This document shows positions 24,881-33,800 of a stretch of DNA of 59,092 nt, piece by piece. A program made the translations under genes and the position numbers. Where the stretch lies: contig JAFGHM010000102.1 of the NCBI GenBank assembly GCA_016930135.1, forward strand, positions 1-59,092, written 5' to 3'. The notes below the pieces were generated by a model that searched no databases, was not told where the DNA came from, and saw nothing but the letters and a program-made list of their open reading frames with translations. Position 1 is the first letter of the stretch; each line of letters begins with the position of its first letter. Origin of the DNA: Thermoplasmatota archaeon. GTDB taxonomy: Archaea > Thermoplasmatota > Thermoplasmata > UBA10834.

Positions 24881-26587
24881 ATGGCGTCCCTGGACCTGCT
24901 CCTGATGCACCCACCGAATGTGATGGATTTCAGGAAGCGCACGATGCTCCTGGGCCCGATAAGCGACCTCATACCCTCGACCCCCGTCTTCGAGATGTAT
25001 CCCATCGGGTTCACGACAATCGCCTCGCACCTCGATTCGAAGGGGTACCGGGTCAGGATAGCCAATATCGCCACGAGAATGCTCGCGTCCAAGAGGTTCG
25101 ACCCCAGCCGGTTCGTCAAATCCGTGGATGCGAAGCTTGTCGGCATTGACCTGCACTGGATGCCACATGTCCAGGGCGCGCTTGAGCTGGCACGAATCGT
25201 GAAGGTACATCATCCGGAGACCCCGGTTGTCCTCGGAGGGTTCTCAGCGAGCTACTACCACGAGGAGATCCTCTCGAAGCATCCCTATGTCGATTTCGTG
25301 ATGCGCGGCGATTCCACTGAGAAGCCACTGGAGATGCTCATCCAAGCACTGCAATCTGGCCGCCCTCTCGACTCCGTACCCAACCTGACCTGGCGGAAGG
25401 ACAAGGGCGTCAAGGTAAACCCCCTGACCCATATCCCGGAGACCCTTGACGAAGTGGTCATCGACTACGGTCTGATGATAAGGAAGGTTCTCAGATATGG
25501 GGATCTGGAGGGACACCTTCCATACAGGAACTGGAAGTCCAATCCGATGTCCATCGCGGTCTCAGTTCGGGGATGCACGCACAACTGCGTCAACTGCGCC
25601 GGGTCCTGCGACTCGTTCGCCGTCAACTTCGGACGCTCGAAGCCCGCCTTCAGGTCCCCCAAGCTTCTTGCGGAGGACGTGGCCACAGCTGAGCAGTATG
25701 TCAAGGGGGCCACTTTCGTGGTGGGGGACATAAGGCAGGCTGGCAAGCAGTACGCTTCGAAGTTCCTCTCAGAGCTGGGCAACCACAAGGTCCGGAACGA
25801 GATAGTGATCGAGCTGTTCACGCCCGCGGACAGGGAGTTCGCTGACCAAGTCGCCAAGAGCGTCGATCGGTTCAGCGTGCAGATGTCCCCTGAGACGCAC
25901 GACGAGGTCGTCAGGCGCGCCCAGGGCAAGTCCTACACGAACGAGAGCCTTGAGAGAACCGCGGAGGCCATGTTGGATGCTGGATGCGGCAGGTTTGACA
26001 TGTTCTACATGATAGGTCTCCCGCTCCAGACGCCTGAGTCCGTCAAGGGGACCGTGGAGTACGCTCGGAAGCTTTACACGAAGTTCAAAGGGAAGCGCTT
26101 GTTCCCCTTCATCAGCCCCCTCGCGCCGTTCCTCGACCCGGGCGGGAACGCCTTTGAGAGCCCCGAGATGCACGGTTTCAGGCTGTTCGCCTCCACCCTG
26201 GAGGACCATCTGAAGCTGGCCACGATGCCCAGCTGGAAGTACGTTCTGAACTACGAGACCGTCTGGCTGACCCGGTCGGCGATAGTCGAGGCGACATATT
26301 CCTCCGGCCTCGGCATGAACAGGATCAAGCGGGAGGTGGGGCTGATAACCGAAGAAGTGGCTGATAGGACCGCGAACAGGATAGTAGCGGCCCACGAGCT
26401 GTCCAATAGGATAGACGCAATCGTCGGCAAGGGGACGGCCTCCGGAGGCGAGATCGAGGCCCTGAGGGAGGCGGCCATGGACCTGAGCGAATCGACCGTG
26501 TGCGAGAAGACGGAGCTGGACTGGACGGAGGACACCTTCTGGGCGAGCGTCCCCAGGATCATGGGAGCGCTCGTCAGGCGTAGGTGA
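24881..26587 (+). CDS. B12-binding domain radical SAM protein (Ta0216/TIGR04190-like)
   Basis: DLHWMPH cobalamin-domain motif, RGCTHNCVNC CxxxCxxC, PLAPFLDPG. Confidence 0.85.
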   Translation: MASLDLLLMHPPNVMDFRKRTMLLGPISDLIPSTPVFEMYPIGFTTIASHLDSKGYRVRIANIATRMLASKRFDPSRFVKSVDAKLVGIDLHWMPHVQGALELARIVKVHHPETPVVLGGFSASYYHEEILSKHPYVDFVMRGDSTEKPLEMLIQALQSGRPLDSVPNLTWRKDKGVKVNPLTHIPETLDEVVIDYGLMIRKVLRYGDLEGHLPYRNWKSNPMSIAVSVRGCTHNCVNCAGSCDSFAVNFGRSKPAFRSPKLLAEDVATAEQYVKGATFVVGDIRQAGKQYASKFLSELGNHKVRNEIVIELFTPADREFADQVAKSVDRFSVQMSPETHDEVVRRAQGKSYTNESLERTAEAMLDAGCGRFDMFYMIGLPLQTPESVKGTVEYARKLYTKFKGKRLFPFISPLAPFLDPGGNAFESPEMHGFRLFASTLEDHLKLATMPSWKYVLNYETVWLTRSAIVEATYSSGLGMNRIKREVGLITEEVADRTANRIVAAHELSNRIDAIVGKGTASGGEIEALREAAMDLSESTVCEKTELDWTEDTFWASVPRIMGALVRRR

Positions 26588-26642
26588 GCAAAGCCTAATC
26601 GGTTTTATCGGAGAAAGCTAGTACGGGGATCGGGCGTGTGCG

Positions 26643-27365
26643 ATGATCATAGGCATATACGGCTTCCAGGACGCGGGCAAGACGGTGCTGGTTGAAAGAC
26701 TCGTGAAGGCCCTGGTGGGCAAGGGCTACAGGGTCGCGTCCGTGAAGCACACCACCCACGCTGTGAGCGTTGACTCCCAGGGCAAGGACACCTGGAGGCA
26801 CTGGAAGGCCGGGAGCGATCCGGTCGTGTTCATGTCGAGCATTGAGACAGCCATCATCAAGCACCCACGGATTTCCGAAGAGGAGGCCGTACGGCTGGTT
26901 CTCAGCGAGTTCGACCCAGACGTGCTTGTGATAGAGGGGAATAAGGCGGGCGACTATCCGAAGGTCAGGATAGGCGACGTACCCGTAAGACCAGGCACGG
27001 TCCTGAGAGACCCGCCGCTGAGGACCCTGCTGGCATACGTAGAGAAGGAGGTCGCAGTCGAGAGGGTCAGAAAGAAGCTCCCAGGGCTGTACTGCGGGAA
27101 ATGCGGGCTCGACTGTGACGAGCTCGCGAGGGCGGTCGTGGATGGCAAGAGGAAGTTTGCCGACTGTAAGGAGCTCTCGGACTTGAAGGTGGAAGTGCTC
27201 GTCGGAGGCCGGAGGTTGGTCACAGGTAAGTTCGTCTCAGAGATAGTGAACAGCACTGTTCGGGGGATGCTGAGCAGCATGAGGGGCTACGAACCTGGCG
27301 AGGAAGTTGAAATCCGTCTCTCGGCTATGAAGACAAAGGCGAGAAAGGGCAAGGGCAAAGCCTAG
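26643..27365 (+). CDS. mobB: molybdopterin-guanine dinucleotide biosynthesis protein B with Fe-S domain
   Basis: GFQDAGKT, VKH, GKDT.RH..AG, LPGLYCGKCGLDC...C. Confidence 0.85.
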   Translation: MIIGIYGFQDAGKTVLVERLVKALVGKGYRVASVKHTTHAVSVDSQGKDTWRHWKAGSDPVVFMSSIETAIIKHPRISEEEAVRLVLSEFDPDVLVIEGNKAGDYPKVRIGDVPVRPGTVLRDPPLRTLLAYVEKEVAVERVRKKLPGLYCGKCGLDCDELARAVVDGKRKFADCKELSDLKVEVLVGGRRLVTGKFVSEIVNSTVRGMLSSMRGYEPGEEVEIRLSAMKTKARKGKGKA

Positions 27366-27511
27366 GCCAGCAACTCGCGGTTTCTTGGCACTTCGCTACG
27401 TTTATCAACATTGACGGCATCACTGCTGACGGGGGCTTATCCGGCCGAGGTGCCTCACCTGAGGACTCTCGGTCTGTTGACTACCTATCGACTGCTTTCC
27501 GGTGACATTTC

Positions 27512-28669
27512 ATGAGGAAGATCAGCGAGATTGAGAAGGACCTCTATGCCTGTCTTCAGTGCGGCTACTGCAGAGACGTCTGTCCCGTATACGGCCAGAT
27601 CGGCTGGGAGTCATCGACGCCGAGGGGGAAGGTCTACTATCTCAAGCAGATTGCCGGCAAGACCCCGATGGACAGGCTCCTCAGGCGCCAGAGCAAGATC
27701 ACTCCCGAGTTCGTGGAGAGGGTCTTCCAGTGCACCTCGTGCGGGGCGTGCGAGCACAACTGCCATGTGGAGATCGATTTCCCGAAGCTGTGGGAGGAGG
27801 TCAAGGAGTGGCTCATATCGGAGGGCTACGGCCCACCCGAGGCGCATAAGAAAATCAGGGAGAGGGTAGTAGCCAAGAAGAACCCCTACGACGAGCCGAT
27901 AGAGAAGAGACCTGCCTGGCTCCCGAAGGACATAAAGCTCTCCGACAAGCCCGAGGTGGTCTTCTTCACGGGCTGCACGGAGGCATTCAGAACGCAGCCT
28001 CTGGCCGTCTCGACCGTGAGGTTGCTCGACAAGGCCGGGGTGAAGTTCAACATACTCGGCGAGGATGAGTGGTGCTGCGGGTCGCCTCTGATCAGGACGG
28101 GTCAGAAGCGCTACGTCATCGACGAGTTGGCCCCCCATAATGTGAATGAGATGGAGAAGCGAGGCTGGAACGCGATGGTCATCGCCTGCGCGGGATGCTA
28201 CAACACCATCAAGAACGACTACCCCGAGATGATTGGCAAGCCGCCGTTCAAGATCTACCACCTGACCGAGTATCTAGATCAGCTGATCAAGGACGGCAGG
28301 CTGAAGTTCACCAAGGAGTACAAGAAGAAGGTGGGATACCACGACCCATGCCACCTCGGGAGGCACGCGAAGATCTACGACCCGCCCAGGAACGTCCTCA
28401 AGGCCATCCCAGGCCTCACGCTGGTACAGATAAAAGCGGAGAGAGAGGATGCAATGTGCTGCGGGGCGGGCGGCGGGTTCAAGTCCGCGTTCAACAACAT
28501 GGCCGAGGAGGTAGCGGCCGAGAGGGTCAGGCAGTTCGTCGATGCGGGGGTTGATGTGATTGCCACCTCATGCCCGTTCTGTCAAGTGAACATGAACGCA
28601 GGTGCGAAGAGGGCAGGCCTGAACATCAAGACCGTGGACATCACCCAAATCGCCCTGCAGGCAGTGTGA
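27512..28669 (+). CDS. HdrD/GlpC-like Fe-S oxidoreductase (two ferredoxin motifs and two CCG domains)
   Basis: CLQCGYCRDVCP, CTSCGACEHNC, CCGSP, HDPCHLGR, CCGAGGG, SCPFC. Confidence 0.9.
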   Translation: MRKISEIEKDLYACLQCGYCRDVCPVYGQIGWESSTPRGKVYYLKQIAGKTPMDRLLRRQSKITPEFVERVFQCTSCGACEHNCHVEIDFPKLWEEVKEWLISEGYGPPEAHKKIRERVVAKKNPYDEPIEKRPAWLPKDIKLSDKPEVVFFTGCTEAFRTQPLAVSTVRLLDKAGVKFNILGEDEWCCGSPLIRTGQKRYVIDELAPHNVNEMEKRGWNAMVIACAGCYNTIKNDYPEMIGKPPFKIYHLTEYLDQLIKDGRLKFTKEYKKKVGYHDPCHLGRHAKIYDPPRNVLKAIPGLTLVQIKAEREDAMCCGAGGGFKSAFNNMAEEVAAERVRQFVDAGVDVIATSCPFCQVNMNAGAKRAGLNIKTVDITQIALQAV

Positions 28670-28701
28670 GCCCTTTCGGATGAGGAACCTCGGCCCGGGA
28701 C

Positions 28702-29220
28702 CTAGATGCCTGTCCACGGGACCCCTTTGTGCGCGCTCATCACTATCTGCGTGTCGGTTTCTTTTATCCCGTCCGTCTTCAGGAAAGTGTCTATGAACTC
28801 CTGGAGCTCCGTCATTCCGACGAAGAGCGCGACCACGAGTATGTCGTACTCCCCGGTGACCCGATAGACCGCCACTACCCTGTCGTGGTTGACGAGGTGC
28901 CGCACTACCAGATCGAGCTTGTCGGTGACCGTCTTGATGTGGACATAGGCCTTGACAGTGTTCTCTATGAGCCTGTAGTCGATGTGTATCGAGAAGCGCA
29001 TGATGATGCCTTTCTCGATGAGGTTCTTGATCCTCCGCCTGACGGTCGCCTCGGTGACGTTGAGCTTCTTCGCTATCTCCGAGTTGCTCATCCTCGCGTT
29101 CTCCCGGAGCTCGCAGAGTATCTTGATGTCTGTGGTGTCGATGGGGAGCATCTTGAAGTCGAGGCACTTCCAGCGCTCGTGCAGCTCGCACGGTTGGTCG
29201 TTCGAAGGTGAAGACCCCAT
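28702..29220 (-). CDS. Lrp/AsnC family transcriptional regulator (start 29220 or 29151)
   Basis: D.KIL.EL.ENAR...EIAKKL.VTEATVRRRI; VTGEYD. Confidence 0.9.
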   Translation of the reverse strand: MGSSPSNDQPCELHERWKCLDFKMLPIDTTDIKILCELRENARMSNSEIAKKLNVTEATVRRRIKNLIEKGIIMRFSIHIDYRLIENTVKAYVHIKTVTDKLDLVVRHLVNHDRVVAVYRVTGEYDILVVALFVGMTELQEFIDTFLKTDGIKETDTQIVMSAHKGVPWTGI

Positions 29221-29358
29221 TGGAATCCCGGCCCACAAAGGGAGACGCCCTACTTCAAGTTAACGGAATTCATACAAGAAAATGCGTATGAGATGCCCAA
29301 TTCGTACATGGCCGACGGTCCGTTGTCGATTGGACATTAGGTGCGTGCCGAAAAGTAG

Positions 29359-30141
29359 TTATGTCCCGAATCGTCGCTTCCTCATCTGATACGACCTGAC
29401 CGCCCTGAGGAAATCGATCTTCCTGAACCCCGGCCAGTAGACATCCGAGAAGTACAGCTCAGAGTAGGCGAGCTGCCAGAGCAGGAAGTTCGAGACCCGC
29501 TCCTCCCCGGAGGTCCTGAGGACGAGGTCGGGGTCGGGCATGTCTTTCGTGTACAGGAACTCCGTGAAGGTCCTCTCGGTTATGGCGTTGGCCGGCATCT
29601 CACCGTGCTCGACCTTCTCGGCTATCCTCCGGATGGCCTGTATGATCTCCTCCCGGCCGCCGTACCCCAGGGCGATGTTGAAGAAGTACTGGTCGTACTC
29701 CTTGGTCCTTTCTTCGGCGCGCCTGATCGCCTCCTTGAGGTCGTCAGGCAGGATGTCCCTTCGGCCGAGCACCCTCACTCTTATCCTGTGCTTGTGGACC
29801 CTCTCCTCCTCGGCGAGCCGGTTGAAGTTCTGGATGAACATACGCATGAGCGTGTCGACCTCATCCTTGTCCCTGCCGACATTCTCTGTCGAGAAGGCGT
29901 ACACGGTCAACATCCTGACGCCTATCTCCATGCACCACTCGAGTATCTGCTCGAGCTTCTCCCTGCCCTTCTCGTGGCCCTCGGCCACGAGAAGGCGGAA
30001 CTCCTGGGCATACCGCCTGTTGCCGTCCATGATGATGGCCACGTGGTGTGGGACGGGCATCGAGGCGACCTCTTTCAGGAGTCGTTTCTCGTAGGCGCTG
30101 TAGGCCGTTGAGGATATCGCCCTTGATATATCGCTAGTCAT
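29359..30141 (-). CDS. uppS: cis-prenyltransferase (undecaprenyl diphosphate synthase)
   Basis: HVAIIMDGNRR, YAFSTEN, RTSGEERVSNFLLWQ. Confidence 0.95.
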   Translation of the reverse strand: MTSDISRAISSTAYSAYEKRLLKEVASMPVPHHVAIIMDGNRRYAQEFRLLVAEGHEKGREKLEQILEWCMEIGVRMLTVYAFSTENVGRDKDEVDTLMRMFIQNFNRLAEEERVHKHRIRVRVLGRRDILPDDLKEAIRRAEERTKEYDQYFFNIALGYGGREEIIQAIRRIAEKVEHGEMPANAITERTFTEFLYTKDMPDPDLVLRTSGEERVSNFLLWQLAYSELYFSDVYWPGFRKIDFLRAVRSYQMRKRRFGT

Positions 30142-30185
30142 GTGCTGACCGCTTGGCAAACCCAATGCTGGAACCGGATTTAAAG

Positions 30186-31142
30186 CTATACGTGCTTGAA
30201 ATCCTCGGGCAGGCCAGCGCTGTACAGTCCCAGGTCGAAACAGCCGATCGCGGCCACTGCACCTATGGCGCCTCGCCTGCCCGTGACCTCGATCAGCCTC
30301 ACGCCGGACCCCTTGGCGGCGTGCTCGGCGTCATGTATCGCGAGTATGACCTCCTTGGCCTCCGCGCCGTACTTCACCAGGCTCTTGGGTATCTCCAGGC
30401 CCTCGAACGCCGCCACGCATGTCTGGTCGGAATAAGTGTGCTTCGCGACATACTCCTTGGCCCAGTCCACGGCCCTATCGACATCTCCGGGCGGCACGGC
30501 GAACGCGGCGCCTGTCGAGGCGCAGTTGGTCGTCTTCTGAGGGGCGTTGGGGTTCAGCTGGACGATCTTGTGGTTCAGGAACATCCCGAAGGGCATCTCC
30601 CGGCCAAGCTGGATGCCCAGGACCCAGGTCGCGCCCTTCTCCTTGGTGTCAGTGTCGTCGATGCCGATGATGAGCCTTCTGTGAAGGGGGGTGGTTATCC
30701 TGATCTCGACCTTCCTGCTGCCACCGACAAGCTGGTCGCTCAGGAACTCCGCCTTCTCGACGCCCTCGGCCTGAGGTAGACATGCGCCTACGCCCACGCT
30801 CGCGCCTGCGAGGCCGACCCAGGTGGTCTCGACCTTCCCGCCCCTCACATGGACCGACTTCAGGGCCTGTCCCCCAGTGTCCTTTGACGCCGGCCCGAAC
30901 CTGATCTCCCCCTCACCCAACCTGGCATCCATGACGAGCGTTGTCCCCATGACCTCGATGTGCTCCACCACGCCTCTCGCCCTCATCCTGTTCATCGCAT
31001 CCCACTCGACGGGCCCTTGCGCGCAGCACTCCTCGACGATCTTCACCCTCTTCGTCTTCTCATCCACCATGGTTATCAAGCGCTTTGAGAACAGCTTCCC
31101 ATGGCGTCTGGTGAACTCGTCAGGCGTGAGGGCGGCAGGCAT
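30186..31142 (-). CDS. methanogenesis marker protein 11-like protein
   Basis: GPVEWD..NR, GLAGASVG...C, C-terminal TiaS-like IGIDDTD..GATW...H.IVQL...KTTNC. Confidence 0.75.
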   Translation of the reverse strand: MPAALTPDEFTRRHGKLFSKRLITMVDEKTKRVKIVEECCAQGPVEWDAMNRMRARGVVEHIEVMGTTLVMDARLGEGEIRFGPASKDTGGQALKSVHVRGGKVETTWVGLAGASVGVGACLPQAEGVEKAEFLSDQLVGGSRKVEIRITTPLHRRLIIGIDDTDTKEKGATWVLGIQLGREMPFGMFLNHKIVQLNPNAPQKTTNCASTGAAFAVPPGDVDRAVDWAKEYVAKHTYSDQTCVAAFEGLEIPKSLVKYGAEAKEVILAIHDAEHAAKGSGVRLIEVTGRRGAIGAVAAIGCFDLGLYSAGLPEDFKHV

Positions 31143-31148
31143 GCTCGA

Positions 31149-31829
31149 TCAGACTTCCAGAGATTGCCCAGGCTGCAGGATCACGACCTCTGCGTCCGAG
31201 GCCTTCTTGACCAGCTTCGCGAACTCCTTGGGGTCCTGCTCGATAGGAGGCCATGTGCCATAGTGCATCGGCACCACGATCTTGGGTCTCAGGAGCTTCA
31301 CAGCCATAGCCGCCTGTCGCGGGTCCATCGTGTAGAAGCCGCCTATGGGCAAGAGCGCCACATCCGGCTTGTACATGTCGCCCACGAGCTTCATATCGCC
31401 GAACACGCAAGTGTCGCCTGCATGATAGACGGTCTTTCCGGACTCGATGACCAGCCCCACGGCCATCGCCGCGGAGAACTCCAGCCCTGGCGCACCTATG
31501 CTCGACGAATGGAAGGCCGGGACCATGGTTATGTTGGTGTCCCTGATCCTTATCGTGCCTCCCAGGTTGAACCCCACGGCGTTCACCTCACAGCGCTCGA
31601 GATACGTCGACATCTCGACGATGGCTGCGCAGACGGCCCCTGTCCTACGCGCGATGGGGACCGCGTCTCCGAGGTGGTCGCCGTGTCCGTGCGTCACGCA
31701 TATGATATCGCACTCTACCTTCTCCGGAGTCGTCGAAGCCTTCGGATTGCCGGTCAGGAAGGGATCGATCAGGACCCTGTCCCTACCCTCTATCAGAAAA
31801 GCCGCATGGCCGAGCCAAGTTATCTTCAT
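31149..31829 (-). CDS. metallo-beta-lactamase fold hydrolase (UlaG/UPF0173)
   Basis: WLGHA, THGHGDH, HAGDT, PMHYGTW. Confidence 0.92.
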   Translation of the reverse strand: MKITWLGHAAFLIEGRDRVLIDPFLTGNPKASTTPEKVECDIICVTHGHGDHLGDAVPIARRTGAVCAAIVEMSTYLERCEVNAVGFNLGGTIRIRDTNITMVPAFHSSSIGAPGLEFSAAMAVGLVIESGKTVYHAGDTCVFGDMKLVGDMYKPDVALLPIGGFYTMDPRQAAMAVKLLRPKIVVPMHYGTWPPIEQDPKEFAKLVKKASDAEVVILQPGQSLEV

Positions 31830-31890
31830 CCGCTCATCCGACTACTTCAATGCGAGGAGGATATTTCTGTGTTTGGCCTCCGAGAAGATG

Positions 31891-32742
31891 TCACGCGACG
31901 TCCCTGGCGAGGAAGCGCCCGGGGAAGTCCGACAGGTTCAGGGCTTTCAGGCCGCGGTCGTCGAATATGACCCACTTGCCCTTGATGCCGACGTACTCGC
32001 CCGAGTGCTCTCCCCAGGATTGCTCAAGTCTCGGGACCTCGGCGAGGGGCAGCTCGATGGGGTAGTCCCTGAGCCAGACGAGCGGCTCTGGGCTGAGCCC
32101 GTAGGCCTCTCTCAGTGTCATCCTCAGGCCCTCGAGCCTGCCCAGTATGCCATGTGTGTCCAGAGGCCTCGACAGGTTCCTCAGGAGCAACTCCTGCCTG
32201 TATGCCTGCGGGATGCCCAGCCGCTCCGAGATCTTCTTCTCATGTGTCCTTGCCCTCTTCCTCCCAGAGAACTTGCCGATGACAGAGTACGCATCCGCGC
32301 CCTGCTCGATAAGCCTCTCCTCGACCCTCCGCGATGAACTCATGCCTATCTTCATGCGCGTGTCGTAGAATGCGATATACAGCAGGTGCTCCCTGCTGCA
32401 GAACTCGATGCCGCACAGCTCCCCGTCGCACTTGGGCTCGAAGATGCACTCCTGGTCCGGAAGGAAGACCTCTCGGGAGCAATCCGGGCACTGGCTGAAT
32501 CTGGTGACAGGGGCGTTCCTCGGACACAGGACGTATCTGCCGTCGTCGTCCCAATATCCCACGCACGTCTTCTGCTTGCTGACCCTGAACCTGACATCTT
32601 CCAGGTCGAGCTCGCACACTTTGCGCTCGGAAGTGTCGTAGCATCCAAGGTGAGGCTCGAACTCCTCCCAGTGGTACTCGAGCGCGTGGAGGGGGTATGC
32701 CTCCTCTCTGTCCTTCGGACCAGATGCCTGCTCGGAACTCAT
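31891..32742 (-). CDS. DUF2797-like protein
   Basis: CVG...C, QC..C, FC..H..Y, KIG......RL.EQGA, GIKG pattern. Confidence 0.7.
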   Translation of the reverse strand: MSSEQASGPKDREEAYPLHALEYHWEEFEPHLGCYDTSERKVCELDLEDVRFRVSKQKTCVGYWDDDGRYVLCPRNAPVTRFSQCPDCSREVFLPDQECIFEPKCDGELCGIEFCSREHLLYIAFYDTRMKIGMSSSRRVEERLIEQGADAYSVIGKFSGRKRARTHEKKISERLGIPQAYRQELLLRNLSRPLDTHGILGRLEGLRMTLREAYGLSPEPLVWLRDYPIELPLAEVPRLEQSWGEHSGEYVGIKGKWVIFDDRGLKALNLSDFPGRFLARDVA

Positions 32743-32805
32743 CCCAGAAGCATAAGGTCGTCTGGTCGGTATTAATGATTGGACCATGGGGGAGCGAATG
32801 TGCCC

Positions 32806-33537
32806 TCACTCATCAAGGTCTGGAGCAGGCTGTTCGAACGCGCCCTCGGCCTCGTCCTCGTCCTTGTCCTTAGGAGGTTTCTCCAGAGGGAACTCGGAGA
32901 GATCCACCTCCATCCTGCTGAGGTACCTGGGGGGAACGTCCGATGTGAGGTAGACCGTCCTCCCCGCTTTCTTGATTATGATGCCGTCCTCGACCGCTGC
33001 CCTCGCGTCCACCTCCAGGATGATGGGCTCTGGGGTCCTCACGCGGCCCGCGTTGACCGCATCTCCGACGCCCTTGCTCAGGTGCACCATCTTCCTGTCG
33101 GACGGTTTGAGGCCGACCTCGAGGACTATGTCAACCTCCTCCTTTGTGGTCGGATAGTACAGCTTGTCTGGGGTGCCGCCCGAGGGGAGGTCGAGATCGA
33201 CTTCGAAGGAATGGGCATAGGTCGCGCGTATCATCCCGTCCCTGTACTCGTATCTCCCCTTGTCGTCCGTCTCTATGATCGCTATGATGTGGTGAGGCCT
33301 CAGCCAATGGTATCTGCGCTGCTTCCTGCCTATGGCGTTCACGAAGTCCCTGAGGCTGACAAAACCATGTGAATCCATCTTGAGGTCGAACCTGTCCGGG
33401 AAGTGCCTCAGCACTCCGGCCATGGTCCTGCTGAGCCTGTCGAGCTCCTCAGTGTTCATCAGGAACCGGCCCTCGTCGCCGCACACCGGGCAGAATTCCG
33501 CCCTGAAGTACCCGTGCTCCCTGCACTCCTTCAGCAT
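32806..33537 (-). CDS. kptA: RNA 2'-phosphotransferase (Tpt1/KptA)
   Basis: N-terminal CREHGYF...CPVC, LRHFP, KGRYE, IRATYAHS, VHLS. Confidence 0.92.
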   Translation of the reverse strand: MLKECREHGYFRAEFCPVCGDEGRFLMNTEELDRLSRTMAGVLRHFPDRFDLKMDSHGFVSLRDFVNAIGRKQRRYHWLRPHHIIAIIETDDKGRYEYRDGMIRATYAHSFEVDLDLPSGGTPDKLYYPTTKEEVDIVLEVGLKPSDRKMVHLSKGVGDAVNAGRVRTPEPIILEVDARAAVEDGIIIKKAGRTVYLTSDVPPRYLSRMEVDLSEFPLEKPPKDKDEDEAEGAFEQPAPDLDE

Positions 33538-33670
33538 GAAAGATACCTGCGGTCAGGTTATGTGAGAACCTGATAAAAGCTTTCGCCTGGGAAGTGCTGC
33601 TCGCCGCGCATCACCCCAGGGCGGGTCTAGCACAGCCAAGCCAGATTCCTTCACTGTCGGAAGCGCAAAG

Positions 33671-33800
33671 TTACTTATTGGTGACCTACTTACCCTCAAA
33701 AAATCACCTCATGGAGGGCTGTCGGACCTGTGCTCCCAGCCTCGGACGCCCTGCCCGACCATGATTAGCCATCCATGAACATCAGCCCTGAGGGAGCGGA
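33671..33800 (+). promoter_or_regulatory. promoter and structured ~100 nt leader of the hdrA-fdh operon
   Basis: TATA-like TTACTTAT at 33671; two mutually exclusive stems, one masking the RBS GAGGGAG (33790-33796). Confidence 0.45.
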
